A program made the position numbers and the translations under genes. A stretch of 64,000 bases of DNA, from assembly GCF_009914755.1 (NCBI RefSeq), contig NC_060929.1, one strand, 5' to 3'. The notes beneath the pieces are model-generated. The model made no database searches. It was given only the letters and a program-made list of their open reading frames with translations, and was not told the origin of the DNA. The DNA comes from the human T2T-CHM13v2.0 reference genome, Homo sapiens. This document shows, piece after piece, positions 49,098 to 62,871 of this stretch (within the stretch, counting starts at the first letter, position 1; every line of letters begins with the position of its first letter).

Positions 49098-49446
49098 CAA
49101 TTTTCATCCTTAATCATGAAACATGTGAGGATATGAAATAAGAGCAACCACCACAAAGCTCTTCAAGTGAGTTGCTCCTTTTTCTAGCAAATCTAGAATA
49201 CGGACCTAATTAATTGACCAACCTAAAGAGCAAATTCCCTACTTCAGGCAATGTAAATCACTATCAATGTGATTCTAGACTTAATCCAACTGAAAATAAA
49301 ATCTCTACCACAATCTCTTTACGGGACAGCAAACTCTGGCCTTCCAAAGCATGTCCTCATGATTAATCCTCCTTCCTCTCAAAAAAGCCTCATTCTCTTC
49401 AGAAGTGCTCCTGAAAGGCAAAAACAGAGCTACCAGCAATATCTAC

Positions 49447-49733
49447 TTTTTTCTTTTTTGTTGTTGAGACATTGTTTCACTCTAGCTGCCCAGGCTGGAG
49501 TGCAGTGGCGCAATCTCAGCTCACCGCAACCTCTGCCTCCCAGTACAAGTCATTCTCCTGCCTCAGCCTCCTGAGCAGCTGGGATTATAGGCGTGAGCCA
49601 CCACACCCAGCTAATTTTGTAGTTTTAGTAGAGATAGGGTTTCACCATGTTGGTCAGACTACTGATCTCGTGATCCGCCTGCCTCGGCCTCCCAGAGTGC
49701 TGGGATTACAGTCATGGGCCACCGCACCCAGCC
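49447..49733 (-). mobile_element. AluS
   Basis: Reverse dimer with a small internal deletion. Confidence 0.88.
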
Positions 49734-49737
49734 CTAA

Positions 49738-49915
49738 GACTGCATTATAAACAAGATCCCAGGTGATTCCTATGCACATTAACTCTAGAGAAGCACTCAT
49801 CTAGAAATTTCCCAAATCTCCCTAATGAGAAGAATCACCTGAGATGCTTAAGTATGTAGATTATCCAGCTATTTCTTAGAAATTCTGATTCATTAAATCA
49901 GGTAATTTGAAAAAT
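49738..49915. mobile_element. MER5-type hAT fragments
   Basis: AACAAGATCCCAGGTGATTCCTATGCACATT...GAGAAGCACT and AGAATCACCTG...ATTCTGATTCA. Confidence 0.65.
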
Positions 49916-49935
49916 TACTCTGGGTTAGTCTCATA

Positions 49936-50059
49936 CAGCAGGTCCTTGAAAAAACCTCATTTCATTATAATGTTGATAAGAAAAAAAAAATTGACACCCA
50001 GCTGGGGCCTCAGCCTCCCAAAGTGCTGGGGTTACAGGCATGAGAGACCGCGCCCGGCC
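49936..50059. mobile_element. MER6/Tigger-like left end fused to a minus-strand Alu head (50007-50059)
   Basis: TA|CAGCAGGTCCTTGAA...TTATAATGTTGATAAGAAAA...GCTGGGGCC runs directly into GCCTCAGCCTCCCAAAGTGCTGGG...GCGCCCGGCC. Confidence 0.7.
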
Positions 50060-51057
50060 TTTTTTCATTTTTTAATTTTCCTTTTCCTACTCTCATCTTT
50101 GCCTCCTCTTTTACCAGAAGAAACATATGTAACCAAAGCCAGGCAGGAGGCCTACACTACTTTGTGTCAGGGATCATTTTCCTATATTACTACTTTCTAA
50201 ATACTTCAGTCTTCAACTTTTTCCTATTTTATGCTGACAGTAACACTCACCCCATTCTTAGCCAGGCTAAGTTTATAATTGATCTCCCACAAGTCCACTG
50301 CAGTTGCTCAAAATAGCCCCTTATATACCATGTGCTCCTTGTCTTACTACCTGAATCCATTGGTGTCAACTGCTGCAAGATGACTCTCCTTAATAACTGA
50401 GGTTCATTTACCACTATGATCCTGAGAGATAAACAAGGAATACATCATTCTCATTATAATTTACAATCAGTAAATGAAGCAGCCATGGGATCTTGTCCAT
50501 GAGATCACAGAGAATAGCAGAGGCAAGACCAGAATCTGACTTCCAAACCAACTGTTTTTACTACTAGATTACACTTTGAACTCTTTAAATAAAGGGTTCA
50601 AACTAATTGCCACTCACTAAAAAATCATTTACAATGTCAAATCCTGAGGAAAGGGGGGAAATCCATAAAAAAACTTCAGAGGGTAATTACTGGTTTTCAG
50701 ATTTGGTTAATAATTATATTCAATGGCAACACTGAGAACTGCATTCATACTGTGGGACATAAAGTAAATTTTAATATAGATATCCACACTAGCCATAAAG
50801 TTGAACATTATCCATAACCTGCCTAACAAGTTTTGATAACATCACAATTTAAGAAACCTTTTCTCCAAGTGGCTACTGGGCTAGGCAGAGACAACAGTTG
50901 AAAAGGAGCACATTTAAAACTCCTTTCTCTTATCCATGCCCTTTGAAAAATAGTAAAATACAAAAAATGTCACTTGCCTCTGCTACACTGCATAACTATG
51001 CTAGTGATACTTTCTAGATCAAATATTCTCTCAAAAGTGTGTTTTTTAAAAATTTTA

Positions 51058-51374
<317 letters not shown>

Positions 51375-52044
51375 GTATAAAAGTATGAATTTTAATTACA
51401 TTTAGTCATCTATTTAACAAGTTACCTTTCTGAAGACAGTTACCTAAAATTAGGACAACCTCAGAATACTATAAATGACTGTAATCATTACATACATCTA
51501 TTTCTTAAACTCTACAGAAAAAATAAAGAATAAATTATTCATCAAAAGAAGTTATGATGAGAAGTGGCAATGTTTAACTCATTCAACCTGTACTTTAAGT
51601 TAGCTCTTGACAAGTTTATATTCAAGAAATAAAATCTTCATGTTTTAGGAGCTGAGGACTAAGAGAAGTTATTACTATCCAAACCATGCCATTCTCACCT
51701 CACACACATCTTTATTTATTCATATTTCTAGTTTGCTGTTCTCTCTCCAACCAAGAACTTCATTTAGGTACCTTGTCTATGAGCTGTGGGAATACTGTTC
51801 ACCTAGAAGTACAATCAAAAGATCTGAGGTATCTGATTCCAGAAAGAAATAGGTTAGAAGTAATCAAAACATTTCCCATCATGATCTGGGCACCAGGAAC
51901 TGAAATACAAACCAGGTTCTGACTTCAATGCTGTTTAAACTGCAGCTAGGACAAATTAAACAAACAAACAAAAAGTCACCAACACATGAAATCACATTTA
52001 AATAGCAGACTGTGTCAGTGGTACCAAATTGGCTTATTAGCTTA

Positions 52045-52290
52045 ATAATAACAAAAACAGCAAAAATATTTGAGTGCCTACTGCAGGCCAGGACTATGTT
52101 AACCACTTCACATACATTGTCTCATGCATTATCTCATCTAATTTCACAGCACTATGAGAAAGGCACTATTAGCATCATCTCTTTCCTCATTAGATGACGA
52201 ACTCAAAGAGTTGAGGTGACCTGCCCAATGTCACACAATAGTAATAGATGGAGCTAGACTTTAAACCCTGGAAGAATGGCTGACTCAAGT
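52045..52290. mobile_element. MIR
   Basis: ATTTGAGTGCCTACT...GTGACCTGCCCAATGTCACACA...GGAGCTAGACTTTAAACCC. Confidence 0.75.
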
Positions 52291-52530
52291 TTATTGCCCA
52301 GTCATTCATATAACAAGTATTTGAATGGCGATACACTTCCTAAGCACCAATATTAGAGTGTTTTCACCTATTAATGTGGATAGACTCATATCCTTCTGAA
52401 CTATCTACAGGAATTATTTCAGAATTCAGCAGTAGCCAAAAGTAATGTGCCCAAAAGTTTACATTATCTCTGCTGTACAGCAACAGCAATGGTTTCAGGG
52501 GAAATTGTTCTGAAATAAAGACAGACTTCT

Positions 52531-53145
<615 letters not shown>

Positions 53146-53994
53146 CTTGATTAAAATACCTGCCTATCTCACCTTCCAAAGCTCTGTGTACCTTTTGAGG
53201 ATGGAGACCTTGTCTCACTCATTCTTAGTAATCTCAGTGCTAACAGGCACTCAATAACATTATACAGTTTTATCATTTTTCCTATGAGTCTGTCTTCTAC
53301 CATAAGTAATAAGCTAGTAAAAATCCATGGGTTATATTTTTCCCTTGATCGAAAAATGCATACCTATTTTTGGTATCTCCAGTGGTAGGTAGGGCATAAA
53401 ATGAGGCTAATACTATGTACCTCAGAGTTTTGTGATGATTACATGAGTTCATGTGAAACATTTACCAAACGCATATACTAGGCATTCAATAGATAATAGC
53501 TTTCTTCTCTACTCATTTACCTCTCCAGCACCAAGCAGCAAACCCATCTCTCCTACTACTGATGCAAATGAACCAAAAGGCAAGGCAGAATCTGCCGTGA
53601 CAAGCTGCCAATTAACTGAAGGGCTCATCTGCTACACGTTTCCTATATGTCATTTTCCTGGACACCCCACCCTGAAAAAGACTCAGGAAACATTTCCAAG
53701 CAGTGACAACTGAGGACTAAATCACGAGGTTCTAACTATATCTGCTAGAATGCATTACCAAAGGTCACTCTGAACTCCATACACGATTCATCTAAAACAC
53801 AGGGAGAGACAAAGATCTTCCTTTCCTGTGAAAACCTGAAAGGAATGCCTATAACAACGCTATTTGAAGAAAAAGTCTGTGAGCATGTTACTGAATAGGG
53901 GAAATTAGTTACATCCTCCAGTATGATATAACCTCATTGCTAATGCTTAATAGTTATTGGGAGTCTGAGATATGAAATATTAAAGTGCCTCTTC

Positions 53995-54158
53995 TTTTTG
54001 TTTGTTTTTATAGATACAGAGTCTCGCTCTGTTGCCCAGGCTGGAAGTGCAGTGGCACAATCACAGCTCACTGCAACCTGCAACTTCTGACCTCAAGCAA
54101 TCCTCCTGCCTCAGCCTCCCAATGTGCTGGGATTACAGGTATAAGCCACTGCTCCCAA
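53995..54158 (-). mobile_element. Alu monomer (FRAM/FLAM-like)
   Basis: Single monomer with TSD TTAAAGTGCCTCTT. Confidence 0.85.
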
Positions 54159-54289
54159 CTTTAAAGTGCCTCTTTTAGACAGCAGATATACTCAAAATGG
54201 TAAGCAGAAACTGACTCTGAAACTACATCATAACTAGTTAAACATAAAACTAAAATAGTTACAAAATATTTAAGCCATCTAAAATAATC

Positions 54290-54600
54290 ATTTTGTTTTG
54301 TTTTGTTTTGTTTTGTTTTGTTTTTGAGACGGAGTCTCACTCTGTCATCCAGTTTGGAGTGGCGCAATCTCGGCTCACTGCAAGCTCCACCTCCTGGGTT
54401 CACGCCATTCTCCTGCCTCAGCCTCCTGAGTAGCTGGGACTACAGGCGCCCGCCACCACGCCCAGCTAATTTTTTGTATTTTTAGTACAGACGGGGTTTC
54501 AGCGTGTTAACCAGGATGGTCTTGATCTCCTGACCTCGTGATCCACCCACGTTGGCCTCCCAAAGTGCTGGGATTATAGGCATGACCCACCACGCCAGGC
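54290..54600 (-). mobile_element. AluY
   Basis: CAAGCTCC and TTCACGCCATTCTCC diagnostics. Confidence 0.9.
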
Positions 54601-54664
54601 CCAATAATGATTGTTTTTATAGACAATGAATTCCCACATTCTTGCCTTTCTCACCCTCTCCATT

Positions 54665-54955
54665 TTTTTTTTACTTTTAATTTTTGTGGGTACATAGTAA
54701 ATATACATACATATGGGGCACATGGGATATCTTGATAGAGGTATATAATTTATAATCATTACATCAGGGTAAATGGGGTATCTGTCACCTCAACCATTTA
54801 TTCTTTGTGTTACGAACAATCCAATTATACTGTTTTCGTTATTTTTAAATGTACAATTAAATTATTATTGACTATAATCACTGCTGTACTATCAAATACT
54901 AGATCTTATTCATTCTACCTATTTTTTGTACTCATCAACCATCCCCACTTCACCC
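54665..54955 (-). mobile_element. L1MA-type 3' end
   Basis: TTTTTGTGGGTACATAGTA...CATCAGGGTAAATGGGGTATC...AACAATCCAATTATAC. Confidence 0.85.
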
Positions 54956-55750
54956 TCTCCATTTATTACAACCTTTCCCAAATACACACTAGTTAATCTG
55001 CATTCAAAAGTTATAATCCTCAAAAATGCACTTCCCAATTCCTGACTATACCATTGTTAGCCAGGTTGCCTTGGGTGAGTTTCCCAACTTCCCCAGCCCT
55101 CACTTCCGTCATCTACAGAATGCAGATGACCAAGCTCCTAAGAGAGTTGTCGAGAGACTGCACTGGCTGTACCAAGCCTAGAGAGCACTAAATAAATGTC
55201 AATTATTATTTTTATCCATTCTGGCATTTAGAAATAAAAGTTACAAAATTCACTATTAAAAATACCATTGATACATACCATATTCCAGCCACACTGGCCT
55301 CTTTTCTGTGACAAAATGCCCTTTTCTTCTTTTGCCCTCAACACCTGCTCCTCCCTATGCTTGGAATTTTCCCCCAGCTCCTCCACGGCCAACTCATTTT
55401 GTTCCTTAAATCTCAAGTCCAATACCTCTCAATTCAAATATTCCCCCTTTAGAGAGCCTTCATTGAGACTGCTATCCCCAAAAGTCTAACTTTCTTATAA
55501 TCTTGCTTTAATTCTGTCATAGCTTTTACAAACATCTGTAATTGTCTTATATACACTGGTATGGAGAGCTGATCTTTTTTGCACTGGTATTTGCAGCTCC
55601 TAGCATTGTATTACAGCAAATAATGTGTGCTTAATAAATAAATAAAAAATGATGCAATGTCAAATACTTTAAAACAACATTGTGCTCACACAACTTTAAA
55701 AACAATTTGAGTTTAACATATGTCACAATGTTTGAAAAAGAGTTTAGATG

Positions 55751-55968
55751 CAGCAGTGTCCAATCTTTTGGCTTCCCTGGAGTACACTAGAAGAATTGTC
55801 TTGGGGCACACATAAAACACACTAACACTAACAATAGCCAATGAGCTTAAAAAAAAATTGCAAAAAAATCTTATAATGTTTTAAGAAAGTTTACAAATTT
55901 GTGTTGGACCATATTCAAAGCCATCCTGGGTTGCATGCAGCCTGTGGGCCATGGGTCGGACAAGCTTG
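55751..55968 (+). mobile_element. MER30 hAT-Charlie DNA transposon
   Basis: GTGTCCAATCTTTTGGCTTCCCTGG...GGACAAGCTTG, with GTTTAG on both flanks. Confidence 0.88.
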
Positions 55969-56112
55969 GTTTAGGGAGAGGGAGGATATAGAGAAGTATT
56001 ACACAACGGTTTTTCCTTGCTGCCTGTTTAATCGCCAAGAGCAATTCAAATAACAGAATTTATACAAATGAGGATGTATAATTAAGGTCATTCAAAAGTT
56101 TTGGGAATATTG

Positions 56113-56410
<298 letters not shown>

Positions 56411-57055
56411 TTAGGAATATTAACTCTACTTTTTTATAAGTGGAGTAATCATTCCCAAGACCTCAGCAATAAAAAGGTGACTAGAGTGTAGCTAACTCCA
56501 CTTTCTGGAGTAAGCTGAAATTCAGGACTTATCACTGTATAAAATAACAGTTTTTCCATTCGTTTAATTACTCTCCACCACAGACCTACACAGATCAATT
56601 TTCACCATGGCTGGAATTACCACTACTTAGAAATCATGTATGTGGCTTTCACACATGACTAATAAAACACTAAGTTTCAAAAGCATTCCATGAGTACTCA
56701 TGAGAAACATTTTAAAGTTTGTGTTTTTGTTCCTAATACAAAACTAGTTAATGTTATTTCTACTAATATAATTATTATGTTACAGGTAGTAGGATTAGAG
56801 AATTATTTTACTTGACAAACATACATCATGCATATTAAGTGCAAGGCACTTTACATATTGATTCACTTAAGTCTCATTTAAGATAACCATAGGTACTTTC
56901 ATTATATAGCTAAAGAATACAGGCACAAAGAGAAAACTTTCCCAAGGTCACAGAGTTCAATGGAGGAGCTAAAATTTGAATCCACAGTCCATCACTAGAC
57001 TATGCTGCCTAACATTTTAAAGAAAATACATAGACTAGTTTTTCATAGCTTATAA

Positions 57056-57232
<177 letters not shown>

Positions 57233-58234
57233 TAGTTTCAGTTGAGTAAAAAGGCAACCTACCTAAACCATTTGCACATTAAACCTAAACAGCAAGAAGA
57301 CTGAAGGGAAGATGAGCAGAAGGAAGGGAAGTACAGTGGGGAGGAAGGAATGACAATGAAAAAGAAGGTAAAAGGAGAAAGAAGGATAGAAAGATGAGAA
57401 TGCTACCTGTAACCACTATTCATAATCTCTGGATGGCAAATGCTTTTTTTTTTGAAAAGAAGAGACAAGACAGTATCTCTATAATCCTTAATTAGCTGAT
57501 TGTACAGACTGTATGTTTCCATTTCAAATGTTGAATTAAGGCACCTAAATTAGGAGGAAGTAGACAACATTCCAAATTTCTTTCCATAAAAACTGAAATT
57601 ACATGTTAATCAGTTCACTCAAAATCTGGGAGTTTAGTGACTTTTGCTGCCAACTTCTTTTTTTAAAAAAAAAAATAGGCAAACATTGACAATTTTAACC
57701 TTAAATTTCTTAACCAAAAGAATCAGAATAATTCCCCAAACTGAGTAACACATTGGAAAGTTTGGTAGAGCTCAGCCAAAAATGACTAAATGAGAAAGAG
57801 ATTAACAAAGATCCATAGCACATTCTTGAGTTTCCAAAGGATGTAATTCAAAGAGAATATAAAGGAAGAATTTACATTTCATAAAATCTATAAGGGGAAC
57901 GTTTTCTGAACATTTCTATATTTTATTCCAAGTAAGGTAAATTTAAGCTAAAACTCAGCTGAATAAAACCAACTAGAGCCAAATAGCAGCAATTTCCTCC
58001 AAGCCTCTGCTTTTGTTCCAAACTACCCATTTAAAGAAAGAAAAAGCCTTGCAATAGGATTCTAGACTGACCCAAGAATATGCCAGTTTGACAAATTTTT
58101 GTTCGTTTTTTGAGATTCCTTCCCTCTCTCTGTGACTAGAATAGAGAAAAACAACAACAACAACAACAAACAGAAAAACAAGTAAACTTTCATCAGAAGC
58201 AAAATAAGTTTCCTAATAGAAGTTAAATAGAAGA

Positions 58235-58614
<380 letters not shown>

Positions 58615-59162
58615 CTAACACACTGCCCAGCACCTATGATACAGTTAACAAATGTGTACTGAATATGAGTGAATGAACAAATAAATGTTACGAGAAAAGG
58701 GAAGGCACAAAATGCTGGAAACTATTTAGCAAGTGAGAATCTTCCCAAAATACTTGTTTTTTCCCCCTTTGAGGAAGGGACCCAGATTGAGGCTTAACAA
58801 AGGGACCGCTCCTTAGGAGTATCCTTAAGGGGTAAAATGATGTCAGCATTATGGTAATAAGAAATGGCATCAGTATTTGAGATAATTACTGGGTTAAAAC
58901 AAGCAACAGGGACCCCACAACCATCTAGCATTGGTTGCAAATGTTTTTGCAGCCAGATTTTACTCTATACCCATTGACTTTGATTTGGCATAATGATGAT
59001 ACCACATTTGGAGCATGCTGAGGGAACCATAACCCCCTCCCTCCCAAGAAAGCCAAGATGGCAGCCCATGGGCTCCTGTTTGCATTTGCCATTAAGGACA
59101 CTGTAATTGGTGTTTAATGCAGAAACGGAAGCTACCTCAAATCTGTTTTAGACATAGATGGG

Positions 59163-59636
59163 TATTATCAGTAGGGTCCTGCCAAGAAAAGCAGCATACT
59201 CAAATGAAGTATTCAAGAAAACTTAATGAAGGAACCATTTCAAAAGGTACAGGCAGGGTTTAGGGAAAACAGCAAAAGATGGTGGTATAACTCCAGGTTA
59301 GCAACGTCAGGAAGCCATTATCATCTCCAGGTCTAAAGGGGCTAGGGAAGGGTTATTAGAACCCAGAAAGATGTGTAACTATAGATGGCTGGCAGAGAGG
59401 GCCATTATTGAATACAAGTTGTGAACTACTCACAGGAACAGCTTTGGCAACACTAAATCCAGCAAGAGGGAACTAGCTTTTAGGGAGATCCTTTCTGATG
59501 TCCCTCCCACTGGGCAAAGCTAATCTGAAACCAAAAAGGAAGGGCTCAGTTGATGTACCCCATGTAATTCATTTCCCAGAAGCACAGAGCAGAGTGGAGA
59601 AAAGATCTGGAAGGGCAAATGGAACACACACAGCAC
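59163..59636 (-). mobile_element. LTR33-like solo LTR, near full length
   Basis: TATCAGTAGGGTCCTG...GGCAGGGTTTAGGGAAA...GCACAGAGCAGAGTGGAGA...GATCTGGAAGGGCAAATGG...CAGCACA. Confidence 0.75.
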
Positions 59637-60240
59637 AGAAAGATATTCTAAATGATTGTCAAAAACAGCAAAACACAGGTATAAGGAATCAAAGTTTTGT
59701 CAGTTCCATCTAAATCTTCTAGATATTGTGGGACTGCCCGCAAGTAAGTCATAAACATTGGTACTTACTTGGGTTCCTACTGCCCTATATCAAGTTGGAA
59801 AAGAAAAAAAAAAGCAGCAGCAGCTACGAGTAATTCCAGGTAACTTCTGACCTTTCTGCGTCTCTAAGAGTAAACAGACAAATCATTTATCTACAATGGA
59901 GCAGATCTAAGACAAGGCCCTCGTCTTTGCTCAAAGGGAACATATTCCAAACCTCCATTATCGTACTTATCATGATGTATTATAACCACTTGTTTATTTC
60001 TTCATCATTAGACTCTGAGCCCTTCAGGGCAGGGATTATCTTATTCATCTTTGTATCCCTAGTACCTAACATGGTACTGGCCACGAAGCTAGCCTTCCAT
60101 CAATATGCATTGAATAAATTAATGGACTCAGTGTCCATTAATCGGCAGCCTAATGCCATAGTGGCTAAAATCTGAAATGACCCTTAGCAATTAAACACTA
60201 ATAAGTTGTATTCAGGATATGGTTTAATACACTGGGCTAA

Positions 60241-60254
60241 AACATCGCGCCTTT
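60241..60254 (+). repeat. Target-site duplication of RNF138P1, left copy
   Basis: AACATCGCGCCTTT, identical to 62582-62595. Confidence 0.92.
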
Positions 60255-62581
60255 TCCAAAATTAACATTTTTATTAAACCAAGTTTAAAAAATGTTCAGT
60301 GTAGAACAAAACCAAAATATACCTTTTTATACAATATATGTATATATTAGCAGCAAACTACTGAGATTCTCTTTTATGTTCTTTTAGTTATTTTAAAGAA
60401 AGCATAAACAATGTATATTAGTATGGAATGTCAGTGAATCCACTCTTAGTCCTTTATTCTGTGATTTGGGCCTTCTACAAAATACTTTATGATTCTCACT
60501 AATGAATACTAAGAACATACCCAATTTTGACTAAAAAGTAGTGAAACAGTGGTTGGTAGAATCTTTCTCACTGTATCACGGTCACACATTATATCTGAGA
60601 ATAAGAAATGAGCACCATACAAACAGGTAATTGTGTGTGTGTGTAAACTCAATTTCTAAGGTGTAATAGCAGCCAACTAGATCACTTAGCACTGTGACTA
60701 TCACTTTTTAAAAATCTGGTTATACACAAAATTTTAACAAATCAGATAAACACTTCAACCCCCTATTGCTTGTCCATTTAAAAAATCCTTATAGAAACTC
60801 TATATATAACCTGACAAACTGCATACACACATACGTGTATATATACACACAAAAGTATATATATATATACATATACATCTTTAGCTTTGAATAAATTTCT
60901 AAACTGAGATGAAGCCAAACCTCTCATTTATATCTTCTAGAATACAGTAATACCAACTGAAAGTTTCTAATAAGAGTTTCAACTTAGTTAATCAGAAATA
61001 CTGGCTACTGAAAATTCTGAGGCCAAAGAGCTGCTATTCAGCTTAGTATATTCTAGGCTTACAAATCAGTCAAAGACTGAAATTACCAAATGCCCATGAA
61101 AGAAATAAATTTTTCTCTCTGTATTTCCTTCTAATAACAAAAAGAAAATATCTTTACAACAAGCTTTCACTTTTTAAAGAATTAAAATTATTACTAGTCT
61201 TCAAAAATAGTAAATGTTATATAAATACGATTTTCTTATAGTTGAATTTTTCAGCTAGAATCTGCATTTAAAAAATTTCCTTTGGATTTTTCCATTTAGC
61301 ACTTCAAGTTTCTATTCTGCAACTCTAATAACTGGCTCAGATTTGTTAGATTATATCAATCACATCGTTCAAAATTTGCTACTGTGTGTTTAATGTGTAC
61401 AATAATAAAGTAAATGGGAGGAATGTACCAAATTTCAAAAGCAACATAATGAAAAATTCAAGAATATTTAATATTACAAAAAGATAAAGTACAACAGGGA
61501 TTCTCTTTCACCATTACATTAGTGAAACATCTTTTACGCTTTTAAAGCTAATGTCATAACTTTCATTTTTTAACTTACCAAGAGGATGAAGTTTTTAGAA
61601 GCCCTACCTTTATTTTCAATCAAAAACTAAAATGACTGAATTACTTTTATTAATATACACATCAAGTTACTGAAACGGTGACTTCATGTAGTTTCCCCCT
61701 TAAAGATGGCACTTGCAGGTACAAAGATGCAGAGATGTCTACAGCCTTCAGATGTTTACTTGAAATGATTCTTCAACAGCAGTTTGACATTGAGTTTCTT
61801 CATCTAGCTGAAGATTCACAAATTCTCCATAATCAAACTGATGTCTCTGATTTAGATGACTAACGAAATTTCTGGTAATCTGGCTAGGATCTCCCCAAGG
61901 AAGAGATACACAAATAGGACATGTCACAGGAACTATCTGAAATAAGTGATTACTGTTAGAGTGATCCAGTAAACGCTCTCTGGTAAAATTTGATTCTTGA
62001 CACAGGGGACACTTATAAGTAGGATGACCAGAAGAACTTGTATTCTCTTGGTAAGTTTCTGTGTTATCAGATGTGGATGTTTCACTCCTATTGCTGTTCC
62101 CTACTGAATCTTCAGAGATCTGAAAGTTTGGAATGATAGAAGAAACATCATATTCATCCTGATACTTCTTAGAAGATTTGCAATGAAGTCTCATGCGATA
62201 GAATTTAATCTGTTTTGCACAGCATCTGCAGCTACCAGAAAACTTCCTCATTATATTTTCAAGGTCTAAGGCCCGTTCAGGGCATGCTCTCTCTTCTAGT
62301 CACATTTCCACGACACAGGGGACAATGTGCTCCGCTTTCCCTCATTGCAGTCAGGAAACATTTTCTACAGAAAACGTGCTGACAGGGCGCGGTCCGCACG
62401 GGCGTTTTGAGCACCTCCTGACAGACGGGGCAGTAGGATGTGGCCGCGGAGAGGTCCTCAGCCATGGCGGGGGATGGGGGAACAAGGCGATGGTGACAGC
62501 GGCAGCGGCCCCGATGGTGACATGGTGACAGCGGCAGCGGCCGAGGTGACGGTGACGGCCCGGGGCTCGATGCCCTACAAC
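60255..62581 (-). pseudogene. RNF138P1: Processed pseudogene (retrocopy) of the RING E3 ligase RNF138/NARF
   Basis: Intronless, with a GC-rich 5'UTR. ORF 62277..62465 gives MAEDLSAATSY plus a C3HC4 RING, followed by a frameshift in an (AG)n run near 62290. ORF 61748..62251 gives zinc fingers and a UIM ending EESFQVNI. A 1.5-kb AT-rich 3'UTR has AATAAA at 60270-60275. The copy is flanked by a 14-bp direct repeat. Confidence 0.96.
60270..60275 (-). terminator. Polyadenylation signal AATAAA at the retrocopy 3' end
   Basis: TTTATT on the plus strand, about 15 nt inside the 3' TSD. This spacing fits the parent mRNA cleavage site. Confidence 0.75.
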
Positions 62582-62595
62582 AACATCGCGCCTTT
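62582..62595 (+). repeat. Target-site duplication of RNF138P1, right copy
   Basis: AACATCGCGCCTTT, identical to 60241-60254. Confidence 0.92.
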
Positions 62596-62750
62596 CATAC
62601 CAGCCTACCACCATTCTCTGTAGAGCTTTTCTCATGCGCTCAGATAATGTATATGGCCTGTTCTATAGTCACAGAACCAGTCATAAAAAGAGCCAAAGAC
62701 AGATGGCAAGACTATGTTCCATTTCAGAAAGGAATCAAATATACATTATC

Positions 62751-62871
62751 TCTCAAAATTCTCATTCTTTTTCCAAGAATTTACCATATCCACTTGAGGA
62801 ACTAACACACAGGACTTCTCAAAATTCTCCTTCTTTTTCCAAGGATTTATCAGATCCACTTAAGGAACTAA
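62751..62871 (+). repeat. Two-copy tandem duplication (55-bp unit, period 66)
   Basis: 62751-62805 versus 62817-62871, with 5 mismatches. Confidence 0.9.

Noticed and set aside
62351-62375. Cryptic acceptor (gttttctgtag) that might fuse PLPP1 exon 1 to the RNF138 frame
   Set aside because: Phase-1 entry reads E-N-V-S-stop, so no fusion protein results.
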